A DNA stretch of 64,000 bases from the human T2T-CHM13v2.0 reference genome, Homo sapiens: assembly GCF_009914755.1 (NCBI RefSeq), contig NC_060926.1. One strand, 5' to 3'. Shown here piece after piece: positions 14,861 through 28,310 of this stretch. The notes below the pieces were generated by a model. The model did not search any database. It was not told the origin of the DNA and saw only the letters and a list, made by a program, of their open reading frames with translations. Numbering within the stretch: the stretch's first letter is position 1; each line of letters starts with the position of its first letter. Both the position numbers and the translations under genes were made by a program.

Positions 14861-17800
14861 AGACTCTGTCCCATTTTTATGTATGCCCTTCACATTTTCT
14901 CCTAAGACATTAAAACAACTTTTGGGCCTTCCCCACATTTGCATGCAGTGCCACACTTGTGGGTGACAAGATACAATCTTAAAACCTGGCATCAGTCTTT
15001 GTTAGAGACATCTGTTTTAAGTCAATGTATTTTCATTTCTAGGTAAAAGCATATGATTTTATAGCTCTGCTTTCCTTTAAATTCAAGCAAATACCAATCC
15101 TATGTTAACAAAGTTTTGTTAAAAAAAAAAAATTCAAATATAAGGAATTATTCCTGTTCCCTGCAAAGTAACTGGCCCCCACTCCACCAAAAAGGGGCAA
15201 CATTTTAAAACACCTCTATATTTACTGCTTTAACCATTAAAATAGCTAAATTCATATCCTAAAGACATCTGTGTTACATCACCAAGGAAAATTTCTGAAA
15301 ACATTAATAGACCTTTTAAAGTTTCAGCCGAACCTTTTAAAATAAAAATAAAAACCAGTTATAATTTTGGACTGCTGTAGGTGATTTTTTTTTTATTTTT
15401 TAATTTTTTTTATTCAAAGCGACTCTTTGGATCAACAATTAGAATTTATTTTTTATTGGCTCTTACAATTTGCTTCACATGTAACATCCATTTGGTATAT
15501 GCCTCCCTGGGAGGTTATTGGTCATCTAATTTGAAATGAGAAAGAACAAAGGGCGAAAGAAAAGGAGCAACATTCCTCTCCTCAGCTCACTAATACGAAT
15601 GTGTGTCACCTTTTAAATACCACCCAGTATGACAGATTAATCGGAATGAATTAATAGGCAGAAGAGAGAGAGGAGGATCTTTAAAAAGACTAAATGCTCC
15701 CTGGTCAATACTGCCCAGGTTGGTTGCAACCTTCTAGGTTTGATTTGGGTGTTGCCCCTTCTAAATCCCGGATTAGCTAAAGCATGTTAGAATCTCTTGG
15801 ATTATTAAAATACCAACTCGGGAGGATGGGAGGATGGGGGTGACATTCAGATTCAATCGGTCTACGGATGAGAAAGGTTAAGATGGGAGAGATGAAGAGT
15901 GTTGTTTCTCCTTGGTGACATCCCCAAGCAACCTCAGATATGCTCTTCCTTGGGGCCTCTGGTTTTGTTGCTAAATTGTCCTTGTTGAGACAGTTGGGGG
16001 GGTGTATATTTCAGGCTGCATGCCAACCAACACACTGCCCAGGGACGGGATGGGAAATGAACCACACACATCTAGTTCTCCTGGTCACTGTTGTACTGCT
16101 CCATCCTGAACAAGAGAGTGTGGAAGAGTGGGTCTACAGGTAAGCCATTATAACCAAACTACCCTCACAGTTTAGCCTCACAAGGGATCCTTTATGCTAA
16201 GAAGAATGCCCAGCTGATGGGGATTAACAAGAAAAGCAGAGGGGAGGGGGGTCGCTGGAAGCCCAAGAGAAGGAAATTTTTTAAAAAATACAAGTTTCCT
16301 GTCCTACACAAGCAGTATGAATTTTGTTATCCCAACGGGAGTCCTGATGGTAAAATCTAGTTTCAAAGTAGGATGGGGAAATGGATCAAGCCTTACCATG
16401 GCAAAGCTGGGTGGGACCTCCTAGGCGTCTGTGGGACCTTGGGCTCTCCGGATACTGTGTCTTGGTTTGGGGACTATTTTCATTCTGTCTCAAGCCTAGG
16501 TTTGTAGATGCCCTTGGCCATGATACTTACTAGCTGTGTGATTCAGTACAGAGGACAAGCCCCACTTTATTCGGAGTTAACCTATGGTGCAGTGGCCTTA
16601 GAAAAACTTAAGAGTAAAAAGCTACCATAAAAAATGCTGGTTATATGTATGACCAGACGGTCAACTCCTCCTTCTTCTCTCTCTTTGCTATAACAGCACC
16701 TGTTGGCTTCTAAGTGCACAGAGTTCTCACAACAATGTGCCAAAACCGCCACCCTTCCCATCCTGGCACCCACCTCCCCCCACCCCAGGAGACCTGCATA
16801 TCAGATATTACTTCCTGCTGTCTATGACCACACCACCTTGGCAGTTAACATCAAAAGCAAACACATGGGGAGAACAGAAGGCACTGGAGCAGCGGGGGAA
16901 GAACAAGCATAGGTAATGTTTCATAAACATTTTTCTGGTGCCCAGGTGCAAAAACCTTGGAACTTCACATGTATTTCAGCTGATCATCTAAGGACCCACC
17001 TTCTCTCTCCCAGGATAGTGAGCTGAAGGCCCTTCCCTGCCTCCACTCCCAGTGCTCCTGTACCTGGAACACAGACATGCGGAAACCAAAGCTCAAGACC
17101 CCTACCTACCATGTTCAGGAGAGCTACACAAGAAGAGCATCTGGGAAGTTCATCTACCTCCACCTCATGCAGGGTGTGACCAAGGCTAGCCATCTGTTCA
17201 ATGCTGGTGGTTCAACATCTACCTGGGCCACCTTTATCTCAATTAATTTCCACCATCTTTTTCCTATCTCCTGAGGGTTCAGTAACTCAAAGCAGTTGTC
17301 ATGAATGTTTAACACAGTACCCAAAACAGGCCTGGAACCAGATGATATCTCACTGATCTAGCCCAAACTAACTAGCTTTGTGACCCTGAGTTAGTCACTC
17401 AGCCTCTCCAGATTGCAAATTATGTGTAAAAAAGAGGGAGCTGAGCTCGTATTTTCCTAAGATCCTCTCTAGTTCTAAAAGGTTATGGTCAGATGGAAAC
17501 CATTTTACTTCAGCGAGAAAGGGCAAAGCATTCACCACTTCACTGACGAGTGCTGTGAGAAGTAACAATACTGAAACCAAACAAAAACAAAACTTCACTT
17601 GGGTTAATTCTAGGCTGTATGTCTGATTTACAAAATAAGTTGGCTAATTTTGTTCTGAATTTCACAGCCACCTTGACCATCTTCCCCAACAACTATCTCT
17701 TCACAATATATGTTTCTATATCCAGGCTCACTGCATTTAACTAAAGTCAGAGAGAAAAATCCAGCTGAGATCTGTCAGACAGAATTATTAGTGGTCTCCC

Positions 17801-18193
17801 TGACTCCAGCCTAGCCTGCACTCTCTAACTAATCTGTTTGATTCTACCAACATATCACTTCATCGTCTCTTTGTTTCAAAGCCTCAACCAGCTCTGTTCT
17901 ACTCAAAGAACAAAAGTCCAAATACGTGCTTTGTCAGCCTGGCTGGTACTCAATATCCTCCCAAATTTAGCCTCACCTGACTTGACTGGCTTTCTCTGAG
18001 CTCCCCCAGCATAAACTCAGACATGGAGTGTCCCTATCTGTGGAAGAAACCTTTGGACATGAGATGTCTCCTCTCCACCTTGCTGACCTGTCTCCTCCCC
18101 TAAATACTACCATCATCCTTTTCTGAGTCCTCAAAGACTCAAGACTCACCTTGTCGGAAGTGAACTCTCCCCTGGCTGGTGCAGTGATAAATA

Positions 18194-18521
18194 TTTCTTT
18201 CTTTCTTTCCTTTTTCTTTCTTTCTTTTTTCTTTTTTTTTGACAGGGTCTCACTTTGTTGCCCGGGCTGGAGCATACTGGCATGACCTTGGCTCACTGCA
18301 ACCTCCATCTCCTGGGTTCAAGTCATTCTCATGTCTCAGCCTCCCAAGTAGCTGGGACTACACATGCACGCCACCACGCCCAGCTAAGTTTTTGTATTTT
18401 TAGTAGAGATGGGATTTCACCATATTGGCCAGGCTGGTCTCAAACTCCTGACCTGAAGTGATCTGCCCACCTCGGCCTCCCAAAGTGCTGGGATTACAGG
18501 TATGAGCCACCGCACCTGGCC
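18194..18521 (-). mobile_element. Alu with (CTTT)n tail
   Basis: Dimeric Alu, reverse orientation. Confidence 0.93.
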
Positions 18522-19245
18522 TTTAATTTCTTATCATTTTTTTTTTATTTAAAACAAGAATATTATGCTTATAAGTAAGAATAAAAGTCTTTTTTTAAAA
18601 AATATAAATTCTGCTTGCAATATTTAGAATGAAAAGAATCCTTAAATATTACTTTATTATTCAATCCCTTTATTCTAGAGATGAGAAAACTGAGTCTAGG
18701 GATGCTGACAATCTTGCTCAAGGCCACACAGCAGGTCAGTGGCAGACCTAAGTTTTCTGACTCCCATCCCAGAACTTACCACACTTGGCAAGCAGGTACC
18801 TATCTGCTTTAGACTTGGTATCCACATTCAAGAACTTTTAGTGTTGAGTGTATCCTCTTTTCCACTTGTGTACCACACAGACAAGGTGCTAACTCCAAGA
18901 GTAGAAAGGGGACAGAGCTGGCAGACAGAAGATTCACTCCCCTAACTCTTCCTCCTTTAATCAGACGACCCAAACTTTATACATAGTCTGTAGGTTAGAC
19001 TCACTTGTAACTCCCCCCATCCAACTCCAACTAAACATGTCCTTTGCTTTCCTTCAGACCTTCCACTAAATCCACTCCAGAGTACCAAGGCACCCTCTGT
19101 GTATTCATCCCTCACCCCCAAAGAGTGCCCACACTTACGTTCTTATATCCAGAATGCGGTTCATAACAATAATTCCCAACTTTCCAAGCACAAGGACTCA
19201 AAGGGAAAAAATTCAGGGAGCACTTCCCTTCACAGGGATTATAGT

Positions 19246-19272
19246 TGTGTGTGTGTGTGTGTGTGTGTGTGT
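19246..19272. repeat. (TG)13 microsatellite
   Basis: Read directly from the sequence. Confidence 0.95.
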
Positions 19273-19547
19273 TTATTAACTGTGAGCCAAGAAAAATATA
19301 TGCCAAACATCCACTGTGAATTCAGTAGTATTGTAATAAGGTTGTATTTTATTATTCTACAAATGTAGCTACATACTCTGAAAGACAGTAATACATATGC
19401 TTGGGAGACATTACGTATTTGGTTCACAAACAATGCATGGAGTGCATATGGTTTCCCAGACACTAGTTTGGGAACCACTGGCTAGCAGCATCAGTTCAAG
19501 ACTTGCAGATGAGATATCTAAATGCTGGGGAGAGACCTTAAGTTTTA

Positions 19548-19904
<357 letters not shown>

Positions 19905-21044
19905 CTAATGAAGATACAACTGGAGGGTCTATAGTTTATTTCAGATTTCCCATTGTACCCACCTCCGTGTTGGAGTTATTGACAGCACAGGCCTTCGTAT
20001 TTTTAGTACCCCTTTTGGGGGGAAACAAAGGGGCCTCTCACTTGTTTCAGTCCTCTAGTTTATTCTTGACTTTCCCAGCAAAGCTGCCTCAAGTAGAAAG
20101 CCCTATTCCAATTCATATTCCAGTCTCTTCCCGATTTCTCACCAGAATTATCTCTAAAGAGTAAGCACTGACAAGTGATGGATAATTTGCATTTTAACCC
20201 TATTCAAATTTGGGTAAATGGTTTAATATGCATGCTAATATTCCATCATTATTCCAATTAAGGAAACTATTATGTTAAAGTGTTTAATCAGGAGAATTAG
20301 GGAGAACTCCAGACACCTAAAATTAACCTCTAATAGTCTTGACATTCATTTCATTTAAGTGCAATTTGCCAAGCTACAACCAACTCCCGCTTAAGACTTC
20401 TGCTTAGGCACGTGGGGATTCCTGATAAGACCTAAAAGCAATTCATTTCCTAACTACATTGCTGTCTAAAAGAATAAACTAAAAGGACCACAATACAATC
20501 AAATCCCCAAGCAGTCACATTCCAAGAGATTTAAACATCATCATCTTGATTCCCAGTAACAACAATGCTCTTTGCATCAGAAACAACACAACCACTTCCT
20601 CTTTCTCTGACCTTCTCTGTTTAATTACTTCCTGTGATTTCTTCTAGGGCTGAGCGCCCAAGCTTCCCAGGGCGGCAGCCTTTCCGTGCATACATGACTG
20701 ATTTGTCTGACAGTCAGACATTACACATACAGTTTGGGACTTCACATTTCTTTTTAAGTGATGGATCTCATGGGCCTCCTAGCATTCACCGAGAACTTTC
20801 TTTCAGCCATAAAAAAAGAAAAAATTCTTCTAGTACATTTCCATTTAAAATCAAGCTGTACCTCAAAGCTGGAAGTCCTGCTAAGAATGGGGAGGGACAG
20901 GCACCTGATGATACCTCTCAGTGTATGATCACCACCTTCTTATCAAATGAGCCTCTTCAGCAAACATTCAAAATGCCAAAGATGTGAAGTCATCTTTTTA
21001 TTAGGGTCTGGACAATGAAGATAAAACCATCACAGCCATGGATA

Positions 21045-21178
21045 AGCCCATGAACCCTCAGTGGCATCATTCCTGGGGAGTTTGTTAAGAATGCAGAATC
21101 TCAGGATCAGAATCCTCATTTTACCAGATTTCCCCAGGGAATCCCTATGTAAGCTCAGGTTTGAGAAGCACGGCTACA
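21045..21178. mobile_element. MER5A-like fragment
   Basis: GGCATCA...CTGGGGAG-TTGTTAAGAATGCAGAATCTCAGG...TTTGAGAAGCAC. Confidence 0.7.
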
Positions 21179-21731
21179 GGATCCTCCCCACAAAACAGCA
21201 AGGCTACAATACAGGTCCAGGTGAACACAATGCTGTGTTAGCCACATTGCTCTCACAAGCTTTCCATCAGGGGTAAGTTGGCTTACTCTTTCCAAAACAA
21301 GTATTTGTAGAGTTGCTGTTTATATCTCAGTACAGAAAAGGCCACCTGGATTGGCACTGGCTCCCTATTCCACAGAGCTGAACAGGAATGCAAGGAAGAA
21401 ATGTCACTACATAGTTCTGAGGTGTTTACAGGATTCTAAATGAGTTCTAATTTCATTTGCTCAACAGTAATATAAACCAAGCTATTCAGATAACACAATT
21501 TTTTATACGAGAAAACTGAGGCCCTGTGAGGTTGTAACACAGACTGTTGTTCTACAGATGTTAAGATTTGAAGTCAAAGGACCTGGGTTAAAAATAACAA
21601 ATCCTGCTGTGTGTGTGAGACCTCAGGCAAGACAGGGCCCTCTCAGAATCTTTTCCTCACCTGTGGTATGTGGACACTTGACGGTTGGACATATTCCATC
21701 CATGTGTGAATGTGTACGTGCTTGTATGTAC

Positions 21732-21732
<1 letters not shown>

Positions 21733-21806
<74 letters not shown>
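21733..21806. repeat. (AC)21(TC)16 compound microsatellite
   Basis: Read directly from the sequence. Confidence 0.97.
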
Positions 21807-21810
<4 letters not shown>

Positions 21811-23444
21811 CCTCACTCATTCTTTCTCTCATACCTAAAAACGACTTGAAAAGCTTGCTTGTTTGAAGATTCTGGCAAGGGCCTGTAGGTCCTTCAATGC
21901 TGTGCATGAAGAGTTCCCCTACCCCAAATATGAGAACCCCAACACATCACATTTCTAGTTTGCAGCTCTAGGAGGAACCCAGCAGGAAGGAGGGGAAGAA
22001 AAAGGAAAACAACTCTAGTTAGTAATCAGTTAGTCAGTCATCAAGAGGGCTGTCCTCACACCTTAAAGCAGATGAAACTGTCTAGCATCCTAGAATGTAA
22101 GTGCCCCGAGAGCAGGAACTTCCTGAGCCACAGCTCTGGTATTGTATGGCAGGCTAGGTGCTCTATATTTGCAGTAAGTGAATGGCACATGGTAGGCATT
22201 CAATGGCTAGTGGCTCCCTCTCCTCTGGCTGTACTTCCACTCATTTATTTTATCCAATACAATAATTTACACATAATTTTGCAACTGGGGCCTAAGTACA
22301 TTCTAAATTCAAGTTATTCCGATTCACAGTATATCACACTCCAAATCAACACCTATAATCTAGTATCCCCAATTTTCCTTAGTACAAAAGACATCTTAGA
22401 ATGGACGGTAAGGTCTTCAAAGGTTTTTTGTTGTTGTTTTTTATTTTAACAAACAGCAGAGTACTGTTCTGAAGTGTGCTCACACACAGATCAATGAGAA
22501 GGCAACCAATTATTAGGCCTTCAGGGCCAGAGGTGAGCTGTTGAGCCCAGGCACATCATTCTAGCAAGGCAGATTTGCTTTGCGAGTCTGAGCCTGAGAA
22601 AAAAATCAAACTTGACTTAACCTTTAAGCAAAAGGGAGAAATGTAATAACTATATTAAGACTATAGTCACACTTACGCTGCTTTAAAAGATCTATAAAAA
22701 TGAGTAAAATTACTGGGATGTTGATAAATTAAACCTCTAGTCTAGCACTATGTCTGTATTCCCACTCCATCGTCCACTTTATTCCTTGGCTGGAAAAATA
22801 AAATGAAATGCCAAACATGGCATTCAAGTAGACAAAACATGTCATAAGCCAAGTGACTCCTAAGAGGATGGTCAGTCCCACCCATCCACACCAAGCCTAC
22901 TGACTTTTGTTTTAGAGAGAATTTGAATGCTGCTGGTAATAAGGTATCTAGACCACATATCAGGAATGGCGTAGGGATGGCAGGGGAGCCAAGGATGCTA
23001 TTACAGGTAGGTACTCTTACCCTAAGAGAACAGACAAGCTATAAAACTCAGAATCTCAAAAAGCACAGCCAACTGGGATCACTGAGTAAAGGGGCCAATG
23101 GTCAGCTGGGCATTATTGATTATCACAGTACAAAAACTACCAGGACACCATTAGAAAGCCAAAAGAAACAGTCAGTCTTAGAACATGACTTCTAAATCCT
23201 AATTATCCTCCCACAAGCTCCCTGAGGAGCCTTGAGCAAGTCATTTCAGCTCTCTAAGGTACAAAGTGAAAATCTTGTTTCCTGCCTTGTAAAGTTCATG
23301 GATCTCCTCTGCCTTGTAAATTCTGAAAAGAAAGAACACCTTATTACATGATGGGGGACAGACCTGGGGTAGATGGATGCTACTGAATCTCAATTTCTCA
23401 TGTGCTGTGCTAAAATGTTTTACCAAGGCTACCTCATTTATGCT

Positions 23445-23759
23445 TTTTTTTTTTTTCTTTGAGATGGAGTTCTGCTCTTGTTGACCAGGCTGGAGTGCAA
23501 TGGTGCAATCTCTGCTTAGCACGATCTCTGCTTGGCATAACCTCCGCCTCCCAGGTTCAAGCGATTCTCCTGCCCCAGCCTCCCGAGTAGCTGGGATTAC
23601 AGGCATGTGCTAGCATGCTCAACTAATTTTGTATATTTAGTAGAGATGGGGTTTCTCCATCTTGGTTGGGCTGGTCTCGAACTCCTGACCTCAGGTGGTC
23701 GGCCCACCTCGGACTCCCAAAGTGATGGGATTACAGGCATGAACCACCATGCCTGGTCC
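23445..23759 (-). mobile_element. Alu (AluSp/Sq-like) with an internal 16-bp duplication
   Basis: Dimeric Alu; CAATCTCTGCTTAGCA/CGATCTCTGCTTGGCA at 23506-23537. Confidence 0.92.
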
Positions 23760-24153
23760 ATTTCTACTTTTTAACAGCCTATTAGGTATACAGCAGAATG
23801 AACCTCATTTACATTAATCCAGGGCTGGTGGCTTGGGATACTTAGCAGGGTCCCTTAGTGGCAGGGGAAGAGGTACGGTCTCACTCCAAAGCCCATGATT
23901 CTTCCACTACCATCATGGCAGCCTCTCCTTTAGTAGTTTTGAAAAAGCAACTCAAAGTCTTTTTTGGATATAGGTATCCAAAAAAGATAATTGTTAAATT
24001 GTGAAAAATTGTTAAATTTTTATACACGGTACAATTATTTTTTCAATTAATGAATAGTTACTTCAACCAATTGATAACTGTTTACAGAAAGCCTACTATG
24101 TGCTCAGTGTTCTGCCAGGCCATGGGTATGAGGGTTAATAAATTATTCTCAAA

Positions 24154-24605
24154 GGGCATGGTGGTGTACACCTGTGGTCGCAGCTACTTGGGAGGCTGAG
24201 ATGGGAGCACTGCTTGAGCCCAGGAGTTCAAGGCTCCAGTAAGCCATGATTGCACCCCTGCACTCCAGCCTGGGCAACAGAGCAAGACCCCATCTCTAAA
24301 AAAAAAGTAATAAAAATAAAAGATAAAGCTATTCCCATGCCAGGTGCAGGTGGCTCATGCCTATAATCCCAGCACTCTGGAAGGTCAAGACAGGAGGACT
24401 GCTTAAGGCTAGGAGCTGAAGGCCATCCTGGGCAACGTAAGAAGACCTCACCTCTACTAAAAATTTAAAAATTAGCCAGGTGTGGTGGCGCACACCTACA
24501 ATCCCAGCTACTCAGGAGGCCAAGGCAGAAGGATCACTTGGAATACTCCAGCCTGGACAACAGATCAAGAGTCTGTTTCAAAAACAAACAAACAAACAAA
24601 CAAAC
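24154..24605 (+). mobile_element. Old Alu right monomer (24154-24320) followed by an internally deleted AluJ-like element (24338-24605)
   Basis: Alu motifs with two A-rich tails. Confidence 0.85.
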
Positions 24606-26741
24606 CTATTCCCACACCTAGAAAGACAGATGGGCCAAGCTTCTCTGTGCATTCTCAGTTAGTATGGATGCAAATACAAAATAAACAGTGTGTATCTGAA
24701 AAGTCAGTACTGGAGGCCAGAGCCAAAGCAAAGCAGTAAGAAAAAGAAACAAGAGGAATAAATAATGAAAATGAAAAGACAAAGATGTCATTACCAGATG
24801 AACAAATGAAAGTCAATTAAAAACTTAACTGATAATTAAGTTTTAAGCATTTATAAATGGACCACAGGAAATATATCAAAGAATAAAAACAACCAGATCT
24901 GAAAAATCGTTATTTCAGGACACAGAGGAGCCAAAACCATACATTTTAGAAGCTCCCAATATTTGTTCTAATCTCTTCAATCACAAGTGTTAAATGCTAA
25001 GGGTGAAGTCAAAATCTGTTTCTTTACCTTTACCCTCTAAGTGCAAGTAAACACAGAAAGTTTGTTTTTAAATAAATATTCAACTACCCTTTGAGAGTAG
25101 CAGGAAGAACATAAGCACAATTTGATAATACGTGTGCAATATGCCACATGTGAACATAATGTTGATAAAGGTTACATGAGAAAGGGAAATGGGTAGTTAT
25201 GAAACAATTGTTACTTAATTTAGCAAACTCCCATGATCCTGGCCTGACTTTCTTTCCATGACATGGGACATATGTCAAGATGTAACAATCCTTCATGTCT
25301 ATCCAGGGAAAGCATATAAAAAATATATTTTGTTCCACGGGGCACTGGAGCATCAATACAAAATATTTCTTCTACTTCAAAGTCACTAAGAGCCCTAGAA
25401 AATGCCTTAAAAGCACCATCACAATGTTCTAGATTTAAATAGTAATTTTTAAATATTTCTAAGAATAAGTTATCAAGTTTATTGAGATGACGGGGTCTTT
25501 TTAAAAAACTCGGCCTAATTTACCTTAGTAAAAACAAGCCCAAACAAATAATCACATACACCAAAACTTTCTGGTCTGCCTCTATTATCACTTGTTCAAT
25601 TTCTGAAAATTTTGCTGTTAGACTGTATTTGTGTTCAGCCGGCAATACAAGAATGATGCCAATATTGGAGTTCATCGGCACAGCTGTATCCACCCTCAAG
25701 TGTTAAGACTCCAGCAGAACCCTGCAGCTATTGCAAATTGTTAATACTGTGATTTCTGCAGAGATTCTCCTACAGAGGCATAGAAACAGGCCCTGTCTTA
25801 TTGTGGTCAAGATTTTTTACTTGTCAGTTCTCGCAACAATGAATGGAATAAAAATGGGTTTTGAGTTACCAATGACAGATCACTACCACCAGATAGTTCT
25901 GCATGGAATTTCCACAAAATACCAGAGGCTCAATGTGAACATGGTTGAGTTTCTCAGGAGGCTTATATATATATATACCCTAAGTTAACCAAATACAACA
26001 ATTGTAATTATTGCATTAGTCAGTAGGGATGAAACAGCACTTTAAAATAATTAAATCCATTATTTTATTCAATAGACATTAAGCAACCACAATGTGCCCA
26101 ATGGTGTTGGGCCAACAACTAGAAAACTAGGCATTTGAGAAGTAACCTTGAATCCAAAAAACTCAAATTCGGATGCAGAATCTAGCTGGGTATAAGCCCA
26201 ACTTGAAATAATAATTGCCATGTAATGTAGGGAAAAAAATAATACACACAGACATTGATTTTGACTTGCATTTTGACTTTGACTTGATTTTGACTGGGAG
26301 GAGGGGGTTATGGTGGGAAAGTCAAAAAGGACCACCCAAACGCAATGGCTCAGAGATGGCTGGGGGCATGAGCAGAATGTCACCTACTGGAGAAGTGAAG
26401 GAAGAAAGAAGAGAATTTCAGAATAAAAGCAAGAGTAAGCAAATTGCTAAGGCAAAATAGTTTTGGGTATTGCTACTGATCCACTTTGTATATATTGTAC
26501 TGGATAAAAGGACAGGAAAGCAGAGGGGACCAGCTTTAGTTAGAAAGGAGGTTGCATTTGCTAATATTCCCATGGAAACAAACCCAGACCACAACCAGCT
26601 GATGGAGCTTAGTCCACTCCAGGTCTACCACCTCACTAGCTGTTCAGCCTTGCACTAGGCACTTAAGTTTATACTATGACAGGTCCTAGCTTACAAGCTC
26701 CTTAAGGTCTTTTCAGGTTTTTTTTGTTTTTTCTTACTTTT

Positions 26742-27020
<279 letters not shown>

Positions 27021-27489
27021 TTCTGAGGAATAAATCAAGATTCTAATTCTGCACAGTCAACTCCATATTTTTAACATTTAAGGGTTCTACTCATGTATAG
27101 TAGAACCATACCCCCTGGTAGAAACATACCTCCCTTTTTAAGGCAAACACAAAGAAAATGGATCAATACTCACTGTATCGGTTTAATTTCCACAACTGTT
27201 ATTTCAGTTAACATAGATCTAACATTCCAATAATAACCAACTCTGAATTTGCACTACTCCCATTATCTTTGAGGTGTATCACAGAATTCTCAAGCCCAAA
27301 TTTATTTAAATCCATTTTAATTCAGTATGCCCCTCATGCTTCACAGCATTTTCTGGGAAGATAAGTGAAGTGAGAAAAATGATGGCAATGACAGATTGTC
27401 ACCAGTTCAGAAGAATAATGAACAAGCATGATTGGCAGAAAGGCTGCGAGCTCTGAGTCAGAACGACTGAGGCTGGACCACCCCAATGG

Positions 27490-28310
27490 TTCATAGTGGT
27501 TAGTTAAGAGCACAGAGACCTTCCTGAACCAGGCTACTGGAGTGCTGCATTCCCAGCTCCTTCAGTTACTCACAGGATGACCTTGAGGAAAGGACTTCAC
27601 CTCTCTGTGCCTCACTTCTCCCTATTATAATAGGGATAATAATACCAACTACCTCGCAGGATTTTTAAGAAGACTAAATGAATAAAGTGCTTTAAAAAAA
27701 TGTTTGCTGTCTCGGGCAACTAACTTGACCTTGGCTTTCTCATCAGTTAAATGGGGGTAATACCTTCTTCACAGGGTTATCTGAAAATGAAGCTCAGCCT
27801 GAAAGAAATCTATCTCAGTGCCCTGCAAAGAGCCACATAGGGCACCTGTTTTATGCCTAGCCCTGTACTATAAGCTTTACGTAGGCTGTCTCATTTAATT
27901 CTCACAGCAGCTCCACAAAATAGGTAGTGTCTATTCCCATTTTGTCCACTCCATATAAAACTGACATGACATATGAAAGTAAACTGCCTTAGATCATAAA
28001 GTGAGCAAATGGCTAAGCCTTAAGCCTTAAATACACGTTACAAACGCATTTAACTCGGGGTCTTCGATTGGTCTCTGGCTGAATAACCAGTTATAAAAGA
28101 CATTTTTGCAGACAATTCAGGCAGAGTGTTAAAGACACCAGGGAATTTTTAATTTTGTAAAATGTGATAATAGTATTGTGGTTTCACAGAACAGTATTTT
28201 TATCTCTTGAGAAGTAAGCTCAAATATTTAGGTACAACAGTCCCAATGTCTGCAATGTCTTTGAAATGGTTCAGCAAAAATACTTACACCTGTTTTATTA
28301 ATGGGAAACA
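27490..28310. mobile_element. Cluster of MIR fragments plus an L1M 3' fragment (~28050-28310)
   Basis: MIR core motifs (CTCTCTGTGCCTCA...GGGATAATAATACC; TCATTTAATTCTCACA); AAAGACATTTT...GATAATAGTATTGTGG of old L1. Confidence 0.6.

Noticed and set aside
26254-26296. Degenerate (TTTGAC)n repeats; also short direct repeats near 7057-7080 and 49806-49833
   Set aside because: Ordinary slippage micro-duplications with no further structure.
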